Source of the DNA: Phaeosaccion multiseriatum
Lineage: Eukaryota; Protista; Ochrophyta, other classes
Assembly (NCBI GenBank): GCA_965112735.1
Contig: OZ218962.1
Location: forward strand, 1,736,001-1,800,000
DNA: 64,000 nt
Reading direction: 5' to 3'
Positions within the stretch are counted from its first letter, which is position 1. The number at the start of each line of letters is the position of its first letter. Below are positions 14,097-27,569 of this stretch, piece after piece. The translations under genes were made by a program, and so were the position numbers. Below the pieces are notes generated by a model. It saw nothing but the letters and a program-made list of their open reading frames with translations. It searched no databases and had not been told where the DNA came from.

Positions 14097-17026
14097 ATGG
14101 TGACTGTATTGGGCGCCCGATCCTATAAGGCGGTGCTGCAGGAGCAGCAGCAGCAGGTGGTGGACGAGCATGACTCGCGGCAGGAGCCAGAAGACCGCGA
14201 GCAGCAGGAGCAACAACAGCAACGACAGATTGTGGATGAGCAGCAGTTGGTTGACTATGGGCCAGGTGCAGGCCAGGAGGCGGAGGAGGAGGAGGAGCAG
14301 AAAGATGGGGAGGGAGAAGAGCACGGAGATGGGAGCGGCGTTAAGGGGGGGGTGTCAGGCGACAGCGAGGTGCGAAAGATGACCGCGCAGGAGCGGATGT
14401 TGGCGTTTGATGAGAGCAGGGTGGATCTCCCTAGAGGGGGGCGATACAGTACGGGCACGACACGGCCGCGAGTGGGCAAAGGCGTGCCAGATTCCCCAGA
14501 AACTCCAAGAGAAGAGATCATGAGGAAGCTACACGACCACGCCTTTTCCTGGTAAGTCTCTCCGATTCTGTTCCTTGAGCTCCAACGCCGTGCCTGACAC
14601 TTCAACACTCGACTTGCGCTGCTGCTGCTGCAGTAATAACAATCTGGTGGGTACCCCCAATCCTCTACGACGGCGGTCGAGTCTCCCATCCCATCCCAGG
14701 CTACGCACCCCTCGGCTAGGAAAGGTAAAAGAATGTGAATGTGTGTCAAGCGGGCGAGTCGAGAGAGTGGGGCCGAGGTGCAGAGCGCGAGGTGTATGTA
14801 AAGAAAGCTCCGTCTGTCGCACATATTCTTCCAAGCTCAAGCAGGAAACTGTGCCTCACCTCAAGCTCTCTATGCTGACCTCCTCCTCGTGCGTGCGTCC
14901 AATGTGTCCTCCCTCCAGTCACCGCCCCGCTCTCCACGAACAAATAGCAGCGTCTTTGGCGAAAGCTCAGTGAAGCTCGCGCAGGAGCGGTGAGTAGTCT
15001 CTCTCGGTGGTCGTCTCTGAGGCTGTGAGGTGGTAGAATGAAAAAAGCCACTTACCCTCCCCCCCCCCCCCCCACAACATACCTTACCAACCACCCAGGC
15101 TACCGACTCTGCACATAGTGGTGGGGGACGAGCTGTTTAACATCGATAGCAAGGCCATTGTCCTCCACAAGGAGATTGCGAGGGGCGCGTTTGGGGTGGT
15201 GCACGAAGGAGTGCTGGACTTCCTCGATGCCTCCACGCTCTGTGCCATCAAGGTGCAGGGCATCCCCAGCGACGAGGAGGAGCAGGCCAACCTACTGGCC
15301 GAGCTCACCATCCTGCGCAGCCTTCAGGACGAGCGCATCGTCAAGTTCCTCGGTGCTGCAGTGGCATCGACGCAGGTAAGGCAGTGACGTGTGGTGTAGG
15401 GCGAGGCTTGAGGTGGGGCACAGGGTACAGAAAGGTACAGAGCCGTTCTCTCTCTCCCTCTCTCTCCCTCTGTCCACACATCCTACTAGCCTGACCCTGG
15501 GTGTGACACCTCACCATGACCCCTGACCCTGACTTTGCCCCCTGGCTCTGATTCGTGCCCCTGACCCTGAGTCTGACTCCTCCATCCTGACCCCTGACCT
15601 TCAGCCGTGACATCTGATCTAACCCTTGACACCGCCCTCAACCCCTGTCCCTCACGTTGACCTCTAACCCCACCAACGACGCCACCCCTAGGTCATGGTG
15701 GCCATGGAGCTGTGCGAGCACGGCTCTCTGCGGGTGGTGCTGGAGACGCGGCAATTGGGGTGGCCGCTCAAGTGCCGTGTGGCGCACGACATTGCGCAGG
15801 GGCTGCACTTTTTGCACAGCCTCAGCATTATGCATAGGGATGTCAAGACGCCCAACGTGCTCGTGACGGCGGACTGGAGGGCTAAACTGTGCGACTTTAA
15901 CTTTGCGATTACGGACAGAGAGGAGGACGAGCAGGAAGGAGAGGGTGGCTTCAAGACGGAGTACGTGGCCGGCACGCACGAGTTTATGGCACCCGAAGTG
16001 CTGTTAGACGACCCCAAGGGATACGGCAGGAAGGGAGACATCTTCTCGTTTGGGATGATCCTCATTGAGCTCATTACAGGCATCGAACCCTCTCCGGCCT
16101 TCCCGACCAGGGCCCCGCAAACCTTCTTTGCGCTGGAGGAAGAGTGAGTGTGTGCGATGTGGACGTGCTGCTGTCCCGTCTGCTGTGCTGTGCTCTGGTG
16201 TAACTTGCCTTTTATGTTGTATTGTACAAGTCTCCCCACCCTTCTCACCCCTCTCCCCTCTCCCCCCTCCTCACTCCCTCATCATCCCCTCCCCCCCCCC
16301 CCGCCCAAATCAGGGAGGTGAGGGGGGCCCGGCTACCCGACTGCCCCGATTCCCTCTTCACCTGCTGCATACAGTGCTGTGAATCGGAGCCGGATGACCG
16401 AACCTCGGCGGAAGAGGCCAAGATTTGGATAGAGGAACTCTTTGAGGAGCTGAGCGGAGGCTGCACGGTGGGTGTGGAGATGGAGCTGCTTGGAGGGGCT
16501 GGTTTGACCTTGCTTGCCCTGGCTTGGCTCTTGCTTTGCATCTTCTCTCTCTCTCCCTCTCTCTCCCGAGCGGCCAGGTCGACACCCCTTTGCTCACCTC
16601 ACTTGACCCCACTTCGCTTGTTGCCCAACGAACCAAACGCTCTCCTCTCAGGTGGACGAGGATTGCCCTTCCATCCACCCGCCCCCGGCAGGAGCAGCAG
16701 GAGCAGCAGGAGCGGCAGGAGGAACAGCAGCAGCAGCAGCAGCAGCAGGAGGAGGAGGAGGAGGAGCGGTGAATGAGGAGATGGAAATAAGGTTGAAGGC
16801 GACCGAGCTAGAGCTGGAGCGGCTGTCAGAGGCCCTAGAGGAGAAGGACCAGAACCTTGAGATGCTGAGGGAGGAGATGGGGGAGCGCATGACGACGCTG
16901 GAGGGCATGTTCTGGGAGCAGAGCAATCAGATCACGGAGTTGGAGGACAAGCTCGCTCAAGTGCAAGAGGAGCAGGAGCAAGCACGGGCCGCAGCAGCAG
17001 ACGAAGCGCCTGCGCCCCCTCCCTGA
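14097..17026 (+). CDS. TKL-group protein kinase with acidic N-terminal region and C-terminal coiled coil
   Basis: IARGAFGVV, CAIK, HRDVKTPN, DFN (in place of DFG), GTHEFMAPE, DIFSFGMIL. The frame from the first exon is kept through a 25-nt exon (14700-14724) and an exon at ~14919-14989. An alternative ATG lies at 14025. Confidence 0.82.
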
Positions 17027-17145
17027 AACACACTCTTGTTTGTATGCGATGAGAAGTAACACGACAAGATAAGTAGAGTACAGTAAGTCTAGGGGGGGGG
17101 GTTGGTGCTACGGTTTACCATATGTTTGTTAAGAATGTTTTTTAA

Positions 17146-20046
17146 TTACACGAACTTGACAATGGCCTTTGAGCGCGTATTGCCCCTGAACTTGGTGGCG
17201 TTGGTCATGGCTCGCTTGGCCTTGAATCGCTCCTTGCTCTTAGCCATAACCGCCTTGCGCTGCCCCTTGTCCATCTGCCTGATCTTGTCGTTCTCGGCCT
17301 TTGCCTTGACCGCCTTGATCTGCTGCCGCCCTCGCAGCTCGTCCTTGGCCTCTCTCCCCTTCTGCCCCGCCTTGCCCTGCCCCTGCTGCTTGGGTGTCCC
17401 GCCCGAGTTCCGTCCACCGTTTCTCTTTCTATTGGCGCCTGAGGAGGGGGCCCATTCGCTGTCCTCCCCCTCCTCCTCGAAGCCCGACTTGCCCACCTGC
17501 CGCTTGCTCTTCTTGATCCACTTGTTGTAAAGCTCTCCCGTTTTGGCCGCGGAGGACATGACCATCACGCCCGACTCGTTGCGTATTCTCTGCCCCTTCT
17601 TGCCCTCGCTCAGCTCTGCAATGGAGTTCTTGACATACTTGTGCTTCTTCTTGTCCCAATGTAGCACCCGCTGCTTCTGCCGCATCTCCACCGCCTCGTC
17701 GGGGTTGACGTCAAGAATGGCCGCCTCCAAGTTGGCTGCATTGAGTGCGTCCGTGCCCTTGGCGGAGGAGCGAGGCTGGTACGCATCCTCGGTCATGGCC
17801 TCTCCCTCGGTCCGGCCGTACCCGATGAAGAACTCTTCGTCGGCAAAGTCCTTCACCTGCTTCTGCTTCTTCTCTCTGGGCTCGGAGTCCGCCCCCACCC
17901 CCTTCTTCAGCAGCTTGCGATGGTGGCGAGAGAGCTTACGCTTCCCCCCAACCCCGGTTCTAGCCCCAACCCCAGCCTCAGCCTCGGCCCCACTGCTGCT
18001 GCTGCCGTCCTGCGTTCCTCCTCCTCCTCCTCCTCCTCCTCCTCCTCCTCCTCCTCCTCCTCCTCCTCCTCCTCCTGCTGCTGTATCACCACCAACTGCT
18101 CCTACCGCTGCTGTGCCCTCACCCCCACCCCCCCCTTCAGTGATGGTGCTACCGTCCGGCTGTATGCCGCCCTCTTCCTTGCCCGTTCCGTGCGCCGACA
18201 TGGTGAGGAGCTGCCCGACCCTGCGCCTCTTCCTTACGCGGCCCATGACCTCCCCAATGTCCGTCTTGTTGGACGCATCCGTGCCCCCGCCCCCCACCAC
18301 CTCAAAGATAGTCTCCTTGGGCCTGAACTTGTTCATGGCCTCCAACACCCCCGCATCGATGGTCCGCTCCTCCCTCACGCCCTGCAGCAGGATAGGATGC
18401 ACAACCTTTTTGGGGTTGTGGAGTATCTCCTTGGCCCTCCGGATGGCCCTTCCGCTCGGGTCCGGCCGTGTCTTGCGGTACTGCTTCATAGCGTTGTTGC
18501 ACACCCGCGCCATGTTGTCCATTGCCTCCCCCTCCCTAGAGTGCAGCTGCTTGACAGACTCGTTCTCTTCGTCCATCTTCTGCTGGGGGAACCCCCCGCA
18601 ATACACCAACTCTGGCGTCAGCTCGTCCAGCGCCAGCGCCATCCCATCATCCCGCCCCACCTGCACAGGCCTGCCCAAGAAGAGATGAAGATCAACCATG
18701 TAGGCCATTTCCTCCGGGTCCACAAGATTGAAGGCCGTGCCTGACCGCCCCTGCCTCGCCGCTCGACCCACGCGATGCACAAAGAGCTTCGGCGCCGGCG
18801 GAAAGGCGTAATTGATGACATTGTTCAGCAGAGGCACGTCAATGCCACGGGCGGCCACATCTGTGACGAGCATGACCTTGTTGTATCCCCTGCGGAAGCT
18901 CTCCAAATTGGACCTCCGCGCCTCCTGGTCCATTGCCCCGTACACCACACTGGTGCGCACTCCGGAGGCGGTCATGAGGCTGTGCAGGTACTCCGCGTGG
19001 TGCCTCGTGGCTACAAATACCACGCTCATCTGGTCCTCGGGGATGACCTCTCGCAGCAGGTACAGGAGGGCTGCCGGTTTGTCTGCGCTGCGCAGGGTCA
19101 GGAACACCAGAGACAAGTGTTCACTGATATGCTGCTCCGTGTCCAGCCGTACTAGCAGGGGGTCGCGAAGGCCGGCGCGGGCGAACTGCACCAGCAGCCT
19201 GATGATGATGATGAGAGAGAGAGAGAGAGACAAGAGACATCAACGCTATGAGGGGGGCAGGAGAGGAGAGTAGAGCAGAGAGGAGTAGAGGAGAGCAAAG
19301 CAGAGCGGGAGCATCGCTCAAGGAACGAACGCACTTCGGCATGGTGGCGGAGAATAGCAGCGTCTGACGCTCCTCGGGCACCGAGCGCATTACTTCTCTA
19401 AGCTGCTCTGCGAAGCCCATCTCAAAGAGACGGTCTGCCTCGTCGAACACCACCATTTCCACAGCCTTGAGGTTGAAGTCGGGCACCTCCTGAAAGGAAT
19501 TAAGGGGAGGAGGGATGAGGGGGGGTGAGGGGTGAGAGAGAGCCTTCAACCCTGTGCCTTGCTCTTGTACTACCAAGCAAAACCAACCTGCAAGTGGTGC
19601 ATCAGTCGACCAGGGGTGGCCACAATGATGTCCGGGTTGTTGGCGAGGGCCGAGAACTGCTTCTCCATGCTGTCTCCGCCCACCACGAGGGCGCAGCGCA
19701 GGTCGCTGTACTTGCCCATTTGCTGCGCGAAGCGAAGCGTCTGCTGGGCCAGCTCTCTAGTGGGGGAGAGCACGATGGCTCGGCAGCCGACGGTCGGGCT
19801 GTGCTCCTTCAGCTTCTCGAACAGTGGGATGAGGAAGGCTGCAGTCTTGCCGCTGCCCGTGCGAGCCATGACCACGCAGTCTACGCCCGTCAGCGCCACA
19901 GGCAGGGTCTTCCTCTGCACGGGGGTGGGCATCTTGTAGCCCATCCCCATGATGCCGCGGAAGCATGTTGCGCTGAGCCCGAGGGCCTGGAAGCCCCCGC
20001 CGCCCTTCTTGGCCACCGGTGCCGCTGCCTTCCCGGCCTTACCCAT
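17146..20046 (-). CDS. DDX54: ATP-dependent RNA helicase DDX54/DBP10
   Basis: [64 protein letters not shown]; DBP10CT-like [15 protein letters not shown]. Two introns. Confidence 0.94.
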
Positions 20047-20084
20047 GACGATTAAGGGAGGGACTGCGAGGCTTTGTACGCGGA

Positions 20085-20116
20085 GGATGGCAACCCACGG
20101 CGGATGGCAACCCACG
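20085..20116. promoter_or_regulatory. Tandem 15-bp direct repeat in the 99-bp DDX54/PEX3 divergent promoter
   Basis: GGATGGCAACCCACG at 20085-20099 and 20102-20116. Confidence 0.45.
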
Positions 20117-20145
20117 CGCCACTTCCGTCCTTCAAATTGGGGACG

Positions 20146-21387
20146 ATGGCGTCGCTTGGAGCCGCCGCAAAGGAGGCGTGTCGACTCTTGCGGCGGCACC
20201 GGCGGGCTGTGGTGATAGGCTCTCTGGGAGGGGCGGTGGTGTACGGCTACTGGCGCGTGCAGAAGTGGCTGGGGGAGGCCGAGGAGTGGAAGCGGGAGCT
20301 GAGAGAGAGCGCCTTGGAGCAAGCGAGATACGACCAGTACCTAAGAAGAGCCAAGGGCGAATGTCTGACTGCTATTGGAAACTTTTTGCCCACCCTTCGC
20401 AAGCGTCTATTCGCGGTGGTGGATGTCAGCGGCCCAGTGAGAGAGCTCAAGCAGCGGCGCTCAGGGGAGGAGGCCTTTGGAGCTGAGGGCGAGGGAGAGG
20501 GAGAGGGAGAGGGCGAGCATGAACTGTGGGAGAGGGTCAAGGTATCGGGCTTGACACGGATGCTCGTGGCGTATTATAGCTTCACAGCGCTGAATCTCAT
20601 GCTGAGGATGCAGATGCACATTTTGGGGCGCAAGAGCCTGCAAGAGTCTCTGGATTTGTCGGGGCAGGGCGTGGCAAAGCTATCGCTGGAGTCCCGCTAC
20701 AATATGCTGGCCGCCACCTACGAGTACATGCTGGGGGAGGGTCTGGAGCGCCTGGCCGCGGATGTGAGTGAGGCCGTGACGAAAGTCTTTGCGTCGTGGC
20801 ACATGAAGGAACGAGTCGAGGTGGGCAGCGACGAGTTTGTCAACATGCTGGTGGATGTGCGCCTCCACATTGGAGATTACCAGAGGTTTGCAGGGCGCTA
20901 CTTGATCCGCCCCGACGTGGGCTTCTCCCGAGAGGGAAGCAGCAGCGTGAACGACGCCTCCGTGCTGGCCCTGCTCAACGAGACATGGGACACCGTGGAG
21001 AGCCCCAACTTTGGCGTGGCTCTGCACGACTCCTTGGACGCCGTGTTCGCGCTCTTGTGTAGGCGGATACGAGGCCGCACATTCGCCCTCCAGGCCGAGC
21101 CCCTGGAGGAGGAGGAGGAGGGGGTGTCTGCCGCCACCGCTGCTGGTGCGGCCAGTCCGAGAAGGCTGACCTTTGGCAGAGAGGCGAGGCCTGCGCTGGC
21201 GACGGTGGTTTCGCAACTTAAAAAGTTCACCGCGGAGATGCTGGAGGGCGCCGCAGTAGCAGCAGCAGCCCAGCAGCAAGACCCTCCTGGCCAGGGCATG
21301 GACAACCGATTCGTGCATACCGTGGGGGACCTGCCCGCTGTAGACGAGCTGTGCTGCCTGGTCTTTGGTCAATCGCAAAGCTCATAG
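20146..21387 (+). CDS. PEX3: Peroxisomal membrane biogenesis factor PEX3 (intronless)
   Basis: N-terminal RRHRR + TM segment; [27 protein letters not shown]; [14 protein letters not shown]. Confidence 0.85.
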   Translation: MASLGAAAKEACRLLRRHRRAVVIGSLGGAVVYGYWRVQKWLGEAEEWKRELRESALEQARYDQYLRRAKGECLTAIGNFLPTLRKRLFAVVDVSGPVRELKQRRSGEEAFGAEGEGEGEGEGEHELWERVKVSGLTRMLVAYYSFTALNLMLRMQMHILGRKSLQESLDLSGQGVAKLSLESRYNMLAATYEYMLGEGLERLAADVSEAVTKVFASWHMKERVEVGSDEFVNMLVDVRLHIGDYQRFAGRYLIRPDVGFSREGSSSVNDASVLALLNETWDTVESPNFGVALHDSLDAVFALLCRRIRGRTFALQAEPLEEEEEGVSAATAAGAASPRRLTFGREARPALATVVSQLKKFTAEMLEGAAVAAAAQQQDPPGQGMDNRFVHTVGDLPAVDELCCLVFGQSQSS

Positions 21388-21579
21388 TAGCAGACAGGCA
21401 GCTGTGCGTGCCAACTGCGTACTCGATTAGAAAGCTGTTAATGTATGTATTTTTTTGCCCACCTCCCCGCTCCCATCCTACTATAGATAGCTTTCTTCTT
21501 TTTTTCTATTCTCGGTTCGTACAAACCGATCGGTTCCATAAAAACCTCACTAAACCCAAAACCTCCACCTCTAACGCGC

Positions 21580-23797
<2,218 letters not shown>

Positions 23798-24043
23798 CTA
23801 ACCTCTGCTTGCACTATAAATCGCCTTCCTTCCCTTCTTTCTCTTCTCCTCGGCGGCTGGCTCTCTTCGTGTATGAGATTCGAGATGATGATACGCAATA
23901 TCGAGTCTCGACATTACTATTACCACTATCTGTCTACCCTGCTTTTCTCTCTCTCTCTCGTCATCATCTCCGTTAAGGGGCGGCCTGCACAGAGCTAGGG
24001 GAAGAAAGCTCACCAGATTTAGGCCAGGAATACGACGTCAATC

Positions 24044-24912
24044 ATGGGTGCAAAGACGGCGTATCTGGCGCTGTATAATTTGGCGTGCGCGGCCGGCTGG
24101 GCAGCCCTCCTCTACAAGATTGTGTCCGGCGTGCTGGCCGACGAGAGTTATGCAGCTCTCTATCAGGAGAACGAGCAGCTACTGCAGGTGGTGCAGTCGG
24201 TGGCCATCCTTGAGGTGGTGCACGCCATGGTGGGGCTGGTGCGCAGTCCGTGGATGACGACTCTCATGCAGGTAGGTTGTTGTTGGTCTCATGCTCGCGT
24301 CCGATGGTCTCATGGTCGGGTCTGACGATTTCCTGACCACGTTGCCGTTCGAAACTCTGCGAAGGTGAGCTCTCGGCTGGTGGTGGTGTGGGCCTTTTTG
24401 TACGTGTGTCCGAGCAGCCAGGGCTGCCTCGGCTTTCCGCTCTGCGCCGTCTCCTGGGGCCTCGTCGAGGTGCCTCGCTACCTCTTCTACGTAGTCAAGG
24501 TAAGGAACAGTAGCAGTAGCCACGAGTCTTTCAGCCTATCATTCCCCAGCCGCGGTTCTTCTTACTCACGCTTCCTTCGATGTGCTACTGGCTTCTGTCC
24601 CGCCCCCCGCTCTGTCTGCGACAGCTCTTCAAGCCGAGCGTGCCAGGACCGCTCTTCTTCCTCCGATATAGCCTCTTCGCTGTGCTGTACCCGACAGGAA
24701 TCACTGGCGAAGTGCTTGTCATGTACACCAGCCTCCCCTGCCTGAAGGAGCGGTCCGACCTGTCTGTGGGGCCCCTCTCCCTGTACCTGCTTGCACTGGT
24801 CGTGCTGGCCGTGTACGTGCCCGGGGCGCCATTCATGTTTATGAACATGGTGTCCAACCGCAAGAAGGAGTACAAGAAGAGAGCGGCCGAGGGCCCGCGC
24901 AAGACAGACTAA
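24044..24912 (+). CDS. Very-long-chain 3-hydroxyacyl-CoA dehydratase (HACD/PHS1/PAS2, PTPLA family)
   Basis: YLALYN, Q..AILEVVH...GLVRS, QVSSR, W.LVEVPRY, LRYSLFAVLYPTGITGE (catalytic Y/E). Two introns. Confidence 0.92.
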
Positions 24913-25169
24913 ATCAGTATGGAAGAGAGCGGCCAAGAGGCGGCGGAAGACATACTTTCGAGTCGGCAGCAAGAGCAGCAGCTGGAGGAGGAACAGCAGC
25001 AGCAGGTGGATCGCAGGAGGCAGCAGCAGCAGGGGGTAGTAAGAACCACCATACCACATGTCCCTTTGGAGCGCCCATAGCTTAGGTAAAGAGAGGTGGT
25101 AGTATAGTATAGGCACACATAAAATAAAAGGAGGCTGTCGTCCAGCTCATTTTCCTCTCCTCAGGTCGA

Positions 25170-25298
25170 CCCCTGATACACTATCCGCTATCGCCGGCGC
25201 AGCCGGCACGCTATCTGCTATCGCCGGCGGCCGATAGCACGCTATCCGCCCCCCCGGGGCCCGATAGCGCGCTATCGAGAATGTGGGTGTATCAGGGG
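25170..25298. mobile_element. MITE-like element A (129 bp, perfect 12-bp TIR CCCCTGATACAC)
   Basis: CCCCTGATACAC at 25170-25181 and its exact reverse complement at 25287-25298. Interior made of GCTATC/GATAGC and GCCGGC repeats. No clear TSD. Confidence 0.65.
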
Positions 25299-25709
25299 CC
25301 AAAGGGGGGGGGGAAAAAACACATTTGTGCATGTATAGAGTTACTCGGCACGAGAGAGCGGCTGCGGCTAGGTGGGAACAGCGTGCTTCGGTAAGTATCA
25401 GCGACACGCCATGCCTCCACTGCCCCTTTGACCAAGTCGAAGTGCCCCACAAGAGAGGAGAGAAAAAAAAAAGAACGTCCTCGTCATCTGTGAGAAAAAA
25501 TTGAAGCATCAACGGGTAAAGCAAAGATGAGGGGGAGGAGGATGGAGTTGCTTGTTGAAGAAGGATAAAAAAAAGGGGGGAGACCTCCCTGCACCTCCTC
25601 ACCTGGAATGGATGCCCCCCTCTCTTTACTGCTATTCGCCAACTTCCATAGGTGGTCTCTAGCGAAGGACTGAAAGGGGTAGATAGGAATTGAAAGTTAA
25701 CACTCAACG

Positions 25710-26512
25710 ATGCTGGGACGGTGCTGTGTGGTTGGAGGATCGGGAGCGCTGGGAAGAGCAGCAGTGAAGTCATTAGCGAAAGCGGGGGGGAAGGTGGTAG
25801 CTGTTGACTTTGTCGAGAACACAAGGGCAAATCGGAGCATCGTGCTGGGCTTGGGGAATGACCTCCAAGCGCAGTTGTCTTCGATTCAGAGCCATCTCGG
25901 CAAGGGAGACCTTGATGTGGTCTTTTGTGCGGCTGGCGGGTTTGCCATGGAGCCGCCTTTGCAGGAGAGCAACTCTGCCGTGGGCTTCATTGAGACATGG
26001 GAGAGTTTAAGGCGTCAGAATGCCGAGAGCGCCATCTTGACTGCTGCGACTGCAATGCACTCTCTTAAACCCTCAGGTAGGCTACGGTGTTATCCTTCCT
26101 TTCTCGTGTTCTCCCCCCCCCGCCCCAGCCATGACCCCCATGTACCCTTTGATCTTGTTACTTACATTTCCTCACCACACCAGGCCTGCTCATCTTTACG
26201 GGAGCTGCGGCAGGTCTTGCTCCCAGCCCTGCCATGATCCCCTATGGTATGACTAAAGCTTGCACTCATCACTTGGTCAAGAGCCTGGCTGCACAGGAGG
26301 CGTGGACATCGGTGGCTATCCTCCCCGAGACCCTGGACACGGAGAGCAACCGAAAGGCCATGGGAGAGGAGGCCAGGCCATCCTGGACAGACCCTGCTCT
26401 GATCGCCGACAAGGTGGTGGAGTGGGCCTCTGATAGGAAGGCTAGGCCCGCCAGTGGCGCTCTGATTCGCGTGATAACAAGACAAGGCCATACGACATGG
26501 AGGCCTGTTTGA
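25710..26512 (+). CDS. QDPR: Dihydropteridine reductase (SDR family)
   Basis: VVGGSGALG, VFCAAGGF, GLLIFTGAAA, MIPYGMTKAC.HHLVKSL, ILPETLDT..NRKAM. One intron (~26078-26183). Confidence 0.9.
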
Positions 26513-27260
26513 TAGCGAGGTGCAGCCACGTGCTGTACCTTTGCCGGGCAGAGGTGGGGCTCCGTGCCTCGAAGAAGGCGTGAAGCTTGCGCCAGAGCTC
26601 AATGTAGACTACAGCTGTGGTTGGAAAGGCGGCTTCTTCTTGCTGCGACTACTCCCTCTCTCTCTTTCTCTCTCTCCCTCTCATGCTCGGGGATGGGATG
26701 TTTGACGGTGTTTGCGGATCAGAGCAGTAGTATAGAGAGATGGGGAGGGGGGTTGGAGCTCCTCTTGCTTGACATAGCGGTACCTTGCCTTCCTCTTCTC
26801 CTCCCCTCCTGGCTTGAGAGTGCTTTTGCCATGCGTGCGAAGAAGGCGCGAAGGCGAGAAGAGCCGAGGGAGTAAAGGTGGCAGGAACGGGTTAGATCGT
26901 GAGATCGGATGTGTTGTCGACTGAGGAAAGCGTTCCAGGAACATGTTTATAGGGATTATACATCGGATTTGGATGTGTTGTAGCACTACATGTTGGCCCA
27001 GGCGAAGGCAATACCGAGCTTGTGGGACAGGTGGTTGCTCAACGGAGAGAACTGTGATGTGCGGACACATCATCAATAGCTGATCGCGTGGTAGGGGGAA
27101 GATATATTGATATTGAGTTGGAGATGGAGAAATAAACAGAAGAAGAAACGGGGATCGTTGTGGGCGCGTGCGTGTGCGTGCGTCGAGGGCCCGGCCGCTA
27201 GGGACCCGTTTTACTTTCCCTTCTACCCGAGGAGGGAAGCGCGAGCCGTCCCAGGATCAA

Positions 27261-27294
27261 CCCCTGATGCACTGTCGCCCACATTCTCGATAGC
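27261..27294 (-). mobile_element. Solo end of element-A family (right end, inverted)
   Basis: CCCCTGATGCAC (11/12 to the A TIR), then CCCACATTCTCGATAGC, an exact 17-nt reverse complement of 25271-25287. Confidence 0.55.
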
Positions 27295-27569
27295 CGACTT
27301 CGCTCATATCCTATCACGTAAAATGTTCCTTCCCTTTTCGGGGGTGCGACAGACTGGCTCTATCTTCGGAGTTAGGCGAAAGAAAAGGGCGGGGGGCGCA
27401 AGCCCATTATTTCATTATTTCTCCCCCCAAATTCACTTCTTTTCTTGCCCTGCCTGAGGGGAGGTGAACAGTAAAGAACATCGGAGTTGAGGAGAGAGGA
27501 GGTTATAACACCAACACTCCCCCCCTCTCCTTCTTCCCCACTACTACAGCCCCTCCTCTCCGTGTTCAG

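Noticed and set aside
26880-27100. Lower-GC stretch between QDPR and LOX that might be a gene relic
   Set aside because: Frames are interrupted by stops and no family is recognisable.
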